Shown piece after piece: positions 8,112 through 17,194 of a stretch of 21,196 nt of DNA. Position numbers and translations under genes: made by a program. The DNA lies in the IMG/VR virus record IMGVR_UViG_3300038960_000189. One strand, given 5' to 3'. The stretch is from an uncultured virus (IMG/VR IMGVR_UViG_3300038960_000189) (lineage: Duplodnaviria > Heunggongvirae > Uroviricota > Caudoviricetes). The notes under the pieces were generated by a model that saw only the letters and a program-made list of their open reading frames with translations, did not search any database and had not been told where the DNA came from. Within the stretch, counting starts at the first letter, position 1. The number at the start of each line of letters is the position of its first letter.

Positions 8112-9987
8112 TTATTCTATTTCGCATGCTCCACCAGCACACGCTAATTCTGCAGTTAGTGATGTATTGTCATCAACTTCTACAACTTGAGATAAATCAA
8201 TGGATTGAAGATTTTTTAGTAAATTAGTATATTCTTCTTTAGTTATATCTTCAAATGGAGCTTGTGTATATGTTCCACCATCATACGGTAATACAGATAA
8301 TCCATTGTAATGATTTCTATTCTCCCACATCCATTCTCCAGCTGGTTCCCATTCCTCGGTTTTTAAGCTAACAGTTGCAGACACATTATGAGTATTAGAT
8401 CCACTTCGGTGTCCTGGTGACACCCATTCTGTAGCTATTTTTTTGATACGTTCTAAAAGATTAAATGGCGATTCTGTTCGAAGAATTGAATTCGATGGAG
8501 CTTTTTGTGGTATTGATATCACTGCAGTATCATGCGGTCTAAAATATTCATCTTCAATTAGCTCTGGATAATTATTTTTCAAATATGTATAAATTGTTTC
8601 ATTTTTACCAACACGAATTCTTCGAATATAATAATCATTGTGCCATGCATGAATACCTGATGATGTGCCTAATGTTAATGATGTTGTTCCAGCTGGTTTT
8701 ACTGTGGTACATCTTGCGGCTTTATTTATTCCAATATCTTTAGCTGTTTTTGAATTTTCTCTTTTAACTATATCAGCTGCTTTCTTTAAGTCATACTTTA
8801 GTACTGTACCAGATCCAATGCCCGTCATTGAAACACCAATTAACGCATCCTTTTCAGTTGTTTCCCTCCATACATCTCTTAAATAATGAAAATCCGTATA
8901 CCCTGCTTGAAGTGTACCTATAAATGCAGCTGCCCTTACACGATCATTAAAGTCTTCCTGAGACTCAATGTCACTTGCATTTACTTCGCATAAGTTACAG
9001 AATTGATAAGGTCTTAATGCGATTTCACAACAAGGATTTGTACCCCAATCCTTATCATTATTTAAATAGATACCAGGCTCACCAGATCCAGACAATTCTA
9101 CACGTTTCCAAAGTTCCATAAAAAACTTTTTAGTAACTTTGTGTCTCATTAAAACTGCAGAATTATTTGCTCTACCACGTTGTGGAGCTTCTTCCCACCA
9201 ATGTCCTGATTTACATCCTATCATAGCTTCATCTGTTGCAGAAAATAAACTAATTAAAGCTGCTCTTCTTATTCCGCCTGCTAATACAGCATCTGCTATA
9301 TGACAAACGATATCGTGAGTTTCGAGTGTTGACAATTGATCGCCGTCTTCCTTGTTATCTAGTATTCCAGTAATCTTTACAATACATTCTTTTAAAGGTT
9401 GTGGACCTGGAGCTTTACCTCCTGATGTAACTAATAGTGCGCCTTTTGGACGTATGTCTGAATAATCAAATTCAATTCGTGAACTTTTACCATTTAAATA
9501 TGATTTCATTAAAACTTTAATTGCATCTGCCCAGCCTTCAATTGAGTCACCAATCAAAAATCTTCTTTTTCTTTTAGGATATGGTTTATTTACTGGTGGT
9601 AATTTTTCTACATGATGTCGTTGTACTGAATATCCTACACCGGTCCCACCTAATAATAAAAACATTATTTCAGAAAAAGAATCGGTATGATCAATTGGTA
9701 AATATGCACAATTATAAACACGATTAGGAGATATTTCTATAGGTTTACCTCCAAATTGCAATGATCTCATTGATGGTAAAACTTTTTTATCATATACAAA
9801 CTTATAAACATTTTCTATTTTATCTTTTAATTCAGGATATCTTTTNNNNNNNNNNTCTTTTAATATGCATTTGTTTATTTCTTGTAACTAATTCTTCCCA
9901 TGTTTCTCTTCTATTTTGTTCTGGTAAGTATTTTGCATACTTCATATATACTGTAATGTCTGATAAAATTTTATTTGAAATGTTCAT
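8112..9987 (-). CDS. nrdJ: Class II (adenosylcobalamin-dependent) ribonucleotide reductase, about 619 aa after repairing the assembly gap
   Basis: True N-terminus MNISNKILSDITVYMKYAKY...RRETWEE starts at 9987; removing 10 N plus duplicated TCTTTT restores frame. YNC, NPCCEI, TTVKPAGT and C-terminal CAGGACEI motifs; no beta subunit nearby. Confidence 0.9.
9846..9855. other. Assembly gap (10 N) with 6-bp duplicated flanks
   Basis: TCTTTT on both sides; deleting 16 nt gives a continuous nrdJ frame (HIKRYPEL). Confidence 0.9.
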
Positions 9988-10022
9988 AATTGTAACTCCG
10001 TTTTTTATAATATTGAAATAAC

Positions 10023-10048
10023 AAAAGGATCGTTATTACAATCCCTTT
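10023..10048 (-). terminator. Hairpin, possible intrinsic terminator or nrdJ leader structure
   Basis: AAAGGGAUUGU-AAUA-ACGAUCCUUUU stem-loop (two G:U pairs) followed by GUUAUUU, 21 nt after the helicase stop. Confidence 0.5.
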
Positions 10049-10069
10049 ATTTTTATATAAATATATTGA

Positions 10070-11422
10070 CTAACCTAAATTTTCTTGAAGATCTTTAAAT
10101 TTTTGTGCTAAATTTTTCTTAACTAACGATTCCCCTGATTTCATTGTTTGCGTAGTTTGTCTGCCTTGTGTTGTGTTTGGCTCAAAAAAGTTAAACTGGC
10201 CATTATTAGTATTTATTTTACTAGGCAAAGTTATACCATCAGGACCAAATCTATTTTTGATAACATGTCCTCTTCCTGTTCCTGATAATTTATCTTCTAC
10301 TTTCCTTGACAATGACATTAAGAAATCTGATACCATAACTTTACCATATGATGAAGCTATTTTATCTGCTTCTATTATATCATCTTCTAACGCAGATCGA
10401 TTTGCTTGAGTAGCGGTCCAAACAGGAACGCCATATTCGCCAGCCATACCACGAAGATCCTCATACAATTCTTCTAACGCTTCATGTTTATCTTTGCTAG
10501 ATACTTTTAAAAGATCTGCATAATCAACTATTATTAAGTCTGGTGTTTGCCCTAACATAATAGTTTTTTCTACATGAGCTTTTATTCCCATGACCCCTGT
10601 AGATTTAGTTGGGAAATATTTTATTATTAACTCTCCAGAAATATCATTTAATCGTTCTTCAATATCTTCTGTATAATTTTTTAGATTTTGTGCAGCAATT
10701 CCTGTTATGACAGAGTCATATCGTTGTCCAACATAATTTTCATTTAATTCTAATGTATAATGTATAACTGTTTTATTTTGTTTTATTGCATTTGCTCCAA
10801 TATTAATTAGCATCCAAGACTTACCAATACCAGCTGGAGCCATTACTACACCTAATTCTCCAGGAGCTAATCCACCATCCATTAAATCATCAATAACATC
10901 CCAGCCGGTTGTAACAGTGTGTCGAGCTGCTTCATTATATCTAGCAATAACATCTTTTTTATATTCATGACCAATATCTGTATCTGCACCTGCTTTCATT
11001 GCAGAATCAATTTTACTTTTTATTTCATCATAATTACCCATTTTGAGTAATCCAACAGAATCCATAATAGCTCGTTTTATTTCTTGATTCTTACAAAATC
11101 TAAGTATTTCGTCTTTTACAAATGTTAAATCATCCGATTCCATAAATCGAAATACTTCTTTCAATTGTTCTAGTACAGATGTTTTAAGTATGTCATTATC
11201 AATTTCAGTAACTTTAACTTTTAATACATCTTTGGATGGAGGTGTTTTATATTCTCGAAAATGATCTAATACAACTTCAAGTAGCCAGCTATTTGCATCT
11301 GATTCAAAATAATCTGGCTGAATAATATCTGCAATTTGTTGAAGAAATGTTCTATCAACAAACATTGCTGCTAATACTTTTATTTGAAAAGACCAACCGT
11401 ACTCACTTAACTTATCTGTCAT
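10070..11422 (-). CDS. Replicative DNA helicase, DnaB/T4 gp41-like
   Basis: Walker A APAGIGKS, YTLEL, IIVDYADL, TATQANR and KNRFG motifs. Confidence 0.95.
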   Translation of the reverse strand: MTDKLSEYGWSFQIKVLAAMFVDRTFLQQIADIIQPDYFESDANSWLLEVVLDHFREYKTPPSKDVLKVKVTEIDNDILKTSVLEQLKEVFRFMESDDLTFVKDEILRFCKNQEIKRAIMDSVGLLKMGNYDEIKSKIDSAMKAGADTDIGHEYKKDVIARYNEAARHTVTTGWDVIDDLMDGGLAPGELGVVMAPAGIGKSWMLINIGANAIKQNKTVIHYTLELNENYVGQRYDSVITGIAAQNLKNYTEDIEERLNDISGELIIKYFPTKSTGVMGIKAHVEKTIMLGQTPDLIIVDYADLLKVSSKDKHEALEELYEDLRGMAGEYGVPVWTATQANRSALEDDIIEADKIASSYGKVMVSDFLMSLSRKVEDKLSGTGRGHVIKNRFGPDGITLPSKINTNNGQFNFFEPNTTQGRQTTQTMKSGESLVKKNLAQKFKDLQENLG

Positions 11423-11427
11423 AAATT

Positions 11428-11456
11428 ATTATATAAAAAATAATTAGTAAATCCAA
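11428..11456 (-). promoter_or_regulatory. Putative sigma70-like promoter (TTGGAT-N17-TATAAT), probably leaderless helicase mRNA
   Basis: Fills the 34-nt intergenic gap; only 5 nt between TATAAT and ATG. Confidence 0.65.
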
Positions 11457-12506
11457 TTATTTTGTTTTTTGTGCGAATGCACTTAATGATAGCCATGTAT
11501 TGTTTAACCAATCTGGCATATTCTTCATAACGGACCACATTTTATCTTCCATAAACAATTTTCTAAATTCTACCTTGTCTAGTTCAGATATTTTTGATTC
11601 CATTATTTTTCTAATATTACTTTTTGTTTGTGCTGGAATATCTAATAGTTTTAGATTCATTAGTTTCCAATTATCAGAAATAATGTTCTGATTATCTAAT
11701 ATTTTCTTATATGTCTTAGACTCATCTAGTTTATCATTACATGTTTTCCATAAGTCATCTAATTCATACTCTTGTTCTAAATTTAATTTAGTAACATGTT
11801 TTAATAATGTTTTTGGTCCTATCCCATGAACGCCAGGTATATTGTCTGACTTATCTCCTGTAAATGATCTGTATATTACATAATTTTTAGGATGTACACC
11901 AAATTCAGTTAATACTCGTTGTGTATCATACATTTTCTTTTTTATTGGAGACCAAATTTGAATTTGCTCATTAACCAATTGATAAAAGTCTCTGTCTGTA
12001 GATACTATTGTAATTTTTTTACTTTTATTTTCGTACATTTGTGTAATATACGCAATGGTATCGTCTGCTTCAATACCATCCATAGATAAGAATGTAACAG
12101 GCAATGCATCTAAATATGAAACTAATCTGCTAAACTGATACCGCATAGCTTCTTGCTCTTGTTCAATATTAGCAAAATGATGATCGTGTCTTCGTAATCT
12201 TGTTTTATTAGCTCGATTGCCTTTATAATCTTTATAGATTTTTTTTCTTCGCTTGGATCCACCAACTCCATCAAACACGATAATGCATCTACTAGGTTTA
12301 AAATCTCTGACACATTTACCGATACTATATAGAAATCCCGTTATACCTCCTATATGCTCACCATCTTCATTAGTTGAAGGAGTTGCTGAAAATGATCTAA
12401 TGAAAGTATTGAGTCCATCAAAAATCATAATATGATCATCAGGACTCTGGTTTATACTTTCTTTTTCTTTTTGAAGTTGTTTAAATAGCTCTTGATACTT
12501 ATTCAT
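11457..12506 (-). CDS. 5'-3' exonuclease / flap endonuclease (T4 RNase H, PolA N-terminal-like)
   Basis: IFDGLN, VFDG, YKGNR, EADD, STDRDFYQL, GDKSDNIPGV.GIGPKT motifs. Confidence 0.95.
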   Translation of the reverse strand: MNKYQELFKQLQKEKESINQSPDDHIMIFDGLNTFIRSFSATPSTNEDGEHIGGITGFLYSIGKCVRDFKPSRCIIVFDGVGGSKRRKKIYKDYKGNRANKTRLRRHDHHFANIEQEQEAMRYQFSRLVSYLDALPVTFLSMDGIEADDTIAYITQMYENKSKKITIVSTDRDFYQLVNEQIQIWSPIKKKMYDTQRVLTEFGVHPKNYVIYRSFTGDKSDNIPGVHGIGPKTLLKHVTKLNLEQEYELDDLWKTCNDKLDESKTYKKILDNQNIISDNWKLMNLKLLDIPAQTKSNIRKIMESKISELDKVEFRKLFMEDKMWSVMKNMPDWLNNTWLSLSAFAQKTK

Positions 12507-13663
12507 TATGCTTCTTCGTTTACAACTTCTTCTTCTACTACAACATCGTCAATACCACCATCGATACCAGCACGATATTTGAATATGTATGCTTCGCAAA
12601 TTCTATTATATAGTCTGTCTTTCATTTCTGAATTTTGTATTACTTTTTCTATAAAATCTTTACTTTGAAATTTGACAGTATCTAGAATTTCTCCAGTTTC
12701 AGGATCAATATCGTCTAATGAGTACCAAGCTCCTGATTGAGAAACTAATTTGAAATTTTTCATAATATTTAGCCAACCACCATAGTTGTCAATTCCACTA
12801 TCATAATATATTTCATAATCAATTTTTCTGTTAGGAGGACCCATTCTGTTTTTTACAACGTGTACATTGGTTTTATTTCCAACTACTTGATCTGCTCCAT
12901 TTACACGAGCTTTAATCATTCCGGTATTTTTTAAACGGAGTCTAACTGATGAATGAAATGGTAATGCTTTACCGCCTGCTGTTGTCCATGGATCTCCAAA
13001 TGATACGCCTAATTTAGTTCTTAATTGATTTGTAAAAATTAAGCATATTCTTTCTCTAGCTATCCAGTTGGTAACTTTCCTCATGGCTTTGCTTAATATA
13101 ATAGATTTGGAAGTTGCATATCCATCTTTATCATATTCCATTGCCATTTCAATTTTGGTAGATGCTCCCATTACTGAATCTACTACTATTGTTACCAATC
13201 TATCTTTATCAGATTTTCTAACATTTTCAACAATTGTTTCAATAGTTTCAAATATTTCTTCAATTGTTTCTAATGGAACATATAGCATAGTTTTTAAATC
13301 TACGCCAATAGCTGTTAAAAATTCTGCGCTACTAGCTGACTCTGTGTCAATATATACTGCTAATCCGCCTTTCTTTTGTGTCTCTGCTAAGGTATGAGCT
13401 GCTAATAAGGATTTACCTGAAGCCTCAAGTCCTGTTATTTCGGTAATTCTACCAACAGGAAAACCTCCGTTCGGACGATTTGAAATAGCTAGATCTAGCA
13501 TTGAACATCCTGTAGATACCCATTCGTTAACATTTGTAGGAGCATCTTCATCACCATCTAGAAAAAATGCTGATTTATAATTTTGCCCTTTAAATTGTTT
13601 ATTAATGCTATCTGCGAGAGTTGAAGCTAAAGAATCTTCCAGTTCGCTCTTTTTCTTTGCCAT
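12506..13663 (-). CDS. recA: RecA/UvsX-like recombinase
   Basis: STG..LD.A, GRITEI.GLEASGKS, YIDTE, VVDSV, FTNQLR, GGKALPF.SSVR, KNR motifs. Confidence 0.95.
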   Translation of the reverse strand: MAKKKSELEDSLASTLADSINKQFKGQNYKSAFFLDGDEDAPTNVNEWVSTGCSMLDLAISNRPNGGFPVGRITEITGLEASGKSLLAAHTLAETQKKGGLAVYIDTESASSAEFLTAIGVDLKTMLYVPLETIEEIFETIETIVENVRKSDKDRLVTIVVDSVMGASTKIEMAMEYDKDGYATSKSIILSKAMRKVTNWIARERICLIFTNQLRTKLGVSFGDPWTTAGGKALPFHSSVRLRLKNTGMIKARVNGADQVVGNKTNVHVVKNRMGPPNRKIDYEIYYDSGIDNYGGWLNIMKNFKLVSQSGAWYSLDDIDPETGEILDTVKFQSKDFIEKVIQNSEMKDRLYNRICEAYIFKYRAGIDGGIDDVVVEEEVVNEEA

Positions 13664-13678
13664 ATAACTGGTCCTTTA

Positions 13679-14462
13679 TTAATCGTTAAATAAGTCGTTG
13701 AATGCTTCTGCTACATCAGTTTTCTTAGTTACTGTTTCTGTAGTCGATGTATTTGTTGTCGTTGAGTTCTGAGTTGAAGTAGTATCAGAGTCAGCATTTT
13801 CTGGATTCATCCATTCTTGTAATGCTGTTTCTAATTCTTCATATGTTGGCTCTGGAAACAAATCTGTAATTTGAGGTTGATCCAATATTGACTTTGCAAT
13901 TGCTTTATCTTCTGTTGCAGGAGACGTATTAGGTTTGACTCGAATAGCTGTTTTTGGATATTGGCCTGGACCTTCTGATGGTGTAAATTCAACATCAATA
14001 TCTCTACCATTCATTAAATCAGTTATGTCACCATAATCAGGATCTGCAATAATAGATAATAGTTCAGAATAAATAGTTTTTCCAAACCCCCAAAATTTAA
14101 CTCCTTCTGATTCTTTACCTCTTACGATAACAGGAACATAAGNNNNNNNNNNCATAAGTTCTCATTTTAGGTTCAATTTTTCTGCCCATTAGCCAGTCAT
14201 CTTTGTCGCCTGTCTTTTTTAGTTTTTCTGCAAACTCTACAACTGGATCTGCATTACCGAATGTTACAGGAGAAAGCATAGTTCTCTTTGCAATATCATA
14301 ATGAAAATACATTTCTAGAAAAGGGTTTTCTTTGCGGTGAACGTAAGGGACAATTCTTACTCTTTGCTTGCCAGGTTCTGGTCTGAAATAATTATTTTTT
14401 CTGTCGCTTGTCGTGTTTAATTGGTTAAGTTTTGCCTTAATGGCATCTAAATCTAAACTCAT
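13679..14462 (-). CDS. Single-stranded DNA-binding protein, T4 gp32-like, about 255 aa after repairing the assembly gap
   Basis: Two track ORFs join when 10 N plus duplicated CATAAG are removed (PKMRTYVPVIVRG); VRIVP, YFHY, WGFGK, DITD...GRD motifs and acidic tail AFNDLFND; adjacent to recA. Confidence 0.88.
14143..14152. other. Assembly gap (10 N) with 6-bp duplicated flanks
   Basis: CATAAG on both sides; deleting 16 nt restores a 768-nt reading frame. Confidence 0.9.
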
Positions 14463-14473
14463 AGTTTATTCCT

Positions 14474-14558
14474 TTAATTGTTTAATTGTTAATTTATGTT
14501 TATTTATTAATTATAATATAAGTAATTAATTAGTTAATTCAAAGTTAATTGTTTAATT
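14474..14558. repeat. 14-bp direct repeat TTAATTGTTTAATT (14474-14487 and 14545-14558) flanking the ssb promoter
   Basis: Two exact copies read directly, plus a partial third unit (TTGTTAATT) overlapping the first. Confidence 0.6.
14515..14543 (-). promoter_or_regulatory. Putative sigma70-like promoter (TTTGAA-N17-TATATT) for ssb-recA-exonuclease
   Basis: Matches the recurring motif with 17-nt spacer. Confidence 0.6.
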
Positions 14559-14572
14559 TTTTATTGTATATG

Positions 14573-15043
14573 TTATATGCTTTCAGGTGGATATTCGTAA
14601 TAGTCTCCTTTTTGTATAAATCCAAATCTTTCAATATTTCCTAGCAGTGCTTTACCAAGTCCCATTTGATTTAATATTCCTAATCTTTTTAAAGAATTCA
14701 TTATACTTGGAGTTTTTCCATTTCTATGATGATCTTCAATATAATCGCTAATTGCTTTAGCATTTACTATACCAACTGTTACTCCAGCAAAATTATCATT
14801 TAACCATTTAATTAGATTTGATCCTAATAATTTTTCTATTTCTGCTAATTGCATTTTGTCTTTTATTGCAGCTATAGCAGATTGCATAACTGCTTCGTCA
14901 TCATTATATTTTCCTACTGCATTTTTTATTGTGTCAGCAATTTGTTCAGCTGTTGCTTGGCCAGAGGCTAACAATTTGTAATCAGCTTGTTCAGAAAGAT
15001 TTTTAGTTCGAAATCTTTTCATATTTTCATAAAGGGTGTTCAT
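14573..15043 (-). CDS. Hypothetical protein with one annexin-like repeat (start moved from 15112 to 15043)
   Basis: ATG 15043 avoids overlap with the upstream gene; leader MNTLYENMKRFRTKNLSEQ; ADTIKNAVGKYNDDEAVM...LGSNLIKWLNDNFAG resembles the annexin repeat. Confidence 0.6.
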   Translation of the reverse strand: MNTLYENMKRFRTKNLSEQADYKLLASGQATAEQIADTIKNAVGKYNDDEAVMQSAIAAIKDKMQLAEIEKLLGSNLIKWLNDNFAGVTVGIVNAKAISDYIEDHHRNGKTPSIMNSLKRLGILNQMGLGKALLGNIERFGFIQKGDYYEYPPESI

Positions 15044-15059
15044 CTTTTTTAATTTCTTT

Positions 15060-15515
15060 TTATTTATCTTTGTCCATTGTTGTCCAGTCGACATCAAAAT
15101 TCCAATCACCACCGCCGGCTGCGTCTACTGATGCATATACATACCATTCATTACCATCCTGATCTGTACCTACAATTGTAGTGTCTCCGCTATATGGTGG
15201 ATTAGTCATTTCTGGTTCTAAATAATCATCAAACTCAATTTCAGATAGAGTACCATCGCCATTATCATATATAACAGTAACATATGGTTCAGATCCAGTT
15301 ACGCTAACTATTTTGTCTACTGGAGGTGAAAAGGATTTGCCAGTTCCAGATGAACTATATTTTAAATCTGTACGTGGTTTTCCGTCTTTACCTTTTATAA
15401 CTTCTTTCATTTTTTTCTTTTGATATTCTTTTTGAACATCTTCTAATGTAGGTAACGATCCATCCTCTTTTCGCTCCCACGCATATCCTTCTAATAATTT
15501 CTTTAGTTTAATCAT
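15060..15515 (-). CDS. Hypothetical protein with MIKLKKLLE leader and acidic C-terminal domain; possible capsid-internal protein
   Basis: Intact 151-aa ORF, ATATTTATA motif 19 nt upstream. Confidence 0.7.
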   Translation of the reverse strand: MIKLKKLLEGYAWERKEDGSLPTLEDVQKEYQKKKMKEVIKGKDGKPRTDLKYSSSGTGKSFSPPVDKIVSVTGSEPYVTVIYDNGDGTLSEIEFDDYLEPEMTNPPYSGDTTIVGTDQDGNEWYVYASVDAAGGGDWNFDVDWTTMDKDK

Positions 15516-15534
15516 GATAAATCTTTCGCTTTTA

Positions 15535-15543
15535 TATAAATAT
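15535..15543 (-). promoter_or_regulatory. ATATTTATA motif, candidate late-promoter element
   Basis: Occupies the 30-nt intergenic gap before the 15515 start. Confidence 0.45.
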
Positions 15544-15545
15544 CA

Positions 15546-15929
15546 TTAAAAATTAATTCTTCGTACAAATACTAAATGTATTCGTTTATAACCATCTGTT
15601 TGTGTTAGAAGAAATGAATTTTCATATGCTTCCCATGGAATTATCATGGTTTTATCTAATATTCCATTATTTAAATCTTTAATAACTTCGTTCAAAGCAT
15701 TAACTGTATATAATGTGTTAGTTTCTTTTTTTCGATGTATTGATATTGTATTTTTGCCACGATAACCATTGTCCAGTGCGTTAAATGTGCAATACAATTC
15801 ATTTGTATTATCATCATTACAAAAAACAAATATTCTTTTTTCTGGAATATCGAAATTTTGTTTTATATATTCAGTAACAATGTCTAAGTTACTTTTATGT
15901 GCAAATGTGCACAATAGTTGTGTTCTCAC
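15546..15929 (-). CDS. Hypothetical phage protein (GTG start)
   Basis: Intact 127-aa ORF 2 nt after the upstream stop; motif-like segments LLCTF, IHRKKETNTLYTVNALN, PWE.Y.NS. Confidence 0.8.
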   Translation of the reverse strand: MRTQLLCTFAHKSNLDIVTEYIKQNFDIPEKRIFVFCNDDNTNELYCTFNALDNGYRGKNTISIHRKKETNTLYTVNALNEVIKDLNNGILDKTMIIPWEAYENSFLLTQTDGYKRIHLVFVRRINF

Positions 15930-15931
15930 AT

Positions 15932-17194
15932 TTATCCTTGTTTCTGTAAATATTCATATCCTTGAGCCGATGATGCAAATTTTGGTGTAAATCTATATCT
16001 TCCTTGTGATAATAGTTCAATTGCAAACTCTTCTCTTTTTGCAATATGCGGACGTGGATTGTTATTATAGAACCAAATCAATCCTTCTATATCATTAAAA
16101 AATTGATTTTTTACAATATTTAGTTCAAATATAAAACTTTGTGGGTTTTTTACAAATTCTTGTCTTTCTAATCGCTTAAACCATATGACTATGTTTGTAT
16201 TTAACTTATCAACAGCTTTTCCTATATCCACTACTGCAGGAGCTTCTTCACCGGCTGATAATCCTATTTGTTCTGCATCATCATCTGATATCCAATATGA
16301 ATTTTTATTTCCGTCCTGATTTACTGTTAATCTTGTATCTTTAACGTCTGTGTCTAATTTTGTTTTATAAAATATGTCATGCAATTCTTTAAAACCTTCG
16401 TACCAATTATAGAATGCTGTTTTTTTCCATTCTAGTTTAGCAAACATGTCTTTGCCAATAGCTGATTCAAATCTTGTTTCGAAAATTCGAATTAATTTTT
16501 TTAATTCTTCTGCAGAATCTTTGTCTACTAAATCTTTTAAAGATTCATATGGATCGCCTATGGTTGCAATTGGGTCTACTAATTCTTCATAAAATTGTTG
16601 TATTATTTTTGTAAACTTAAATTTGTTAGCTAGCCCAGAGCTAGCTGGATCAAATAAAGAACTGCTGTCTCCAAATTCTTTTAATTCCCATTCTAAGTTA
16701 CCTGGCATTATAATATCTTTTGTTCTAGTACCACCTGGCATCGAATTTTTTACTCCTAAAAGAGTTGCAATTTCTCCTCTTCCCATTCCACCTCGAGGCG
16801 AGATTGGCGTAACTGAAAAAAACTGTTCAAATATTTTCCATCCTTCACCGTTTACATATGATTCAATAGTGTGAGTTCTAAAATTTTTATTAAATGCTGT
16901 TTTTTCGCCTGGGTCTAATGTATTATATATACTAACTACTTGTTGTATTATATCTGCTGGTAATTTTAAATCATTAGCCAATATCGATTCAATATTTTGA
17001 ATTGTAGATTCAGATTCTTGATCTTCTTCATCTTCAGTTAATCCTTTTGCTTGATATATAGTTCGATCAATTTCTTGTTCAGAAAGCATGCTCATTTCAC
17101 GCAATACACTACGAAGAATTTCATAGTCTGATTCTTTTGTAGGATATCCAGAATCTAATTGATACGTCCACTCGTTTATAATTTTATTTATCAT
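15932..17194 (-). CDS. Putative PD-(D/E)xK nuclease-fold protein with N-terminal leader region
   Basis: GMGRGE helix followed by KDII...WELKE (D...ExK); N-terminal INEWTYQLDSGYP segment and acidic linker; ATGA overlap with the polA-like stop. Confidence 0.55.
   Translation of the reverse strand: MINKIINEWTYQLDSGYPTKESDYEILRSVLREMSMLSEQEIDRTIYQAKGLTEDEEDQESESTIQNIESILANDLKLPADIIQQVVSIYNTLDPGEKTAFNKNFRTHTIESYVNGEGWKIFEQFFSVTPISPRGGMGRGEIATLLGVKNSMPGGTRTKDIIMPGNLEWELKEFGDSSSLFDPASSGLANKFKFTKIIQQFYEELVDPIATIGDPYESLKDLVDKDSAEELKKLIRIFETRFESAIGKDMFAKLEWKKTAFYNWYEGFKELHDIFYKTKLDTDVKDTRLTVNQDGNKNSYWISDDDAEQIGLSAGEEAPAVVDIGKAVDKLNTNIVIWFKRLERQEFVKNPQSFIFELNIVKNQFFNDIEGLIWFYNNNPRPHIAKREEFAIELLSQGRYRFTPKFASSAQGYEYLQKQG

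Noticed and set aside
9840..9861. Apparent frameshift or split of nrdJ
   Set aside because: 10-N scaffold gap with 6-bp duplicated flanks; removing it restores one frame, so it is an assembly artefact.
14137..14158. Apparent split ssb (two ORFs)
   Set aside because: Same artefact: CATAAG duplicated around 10 N.
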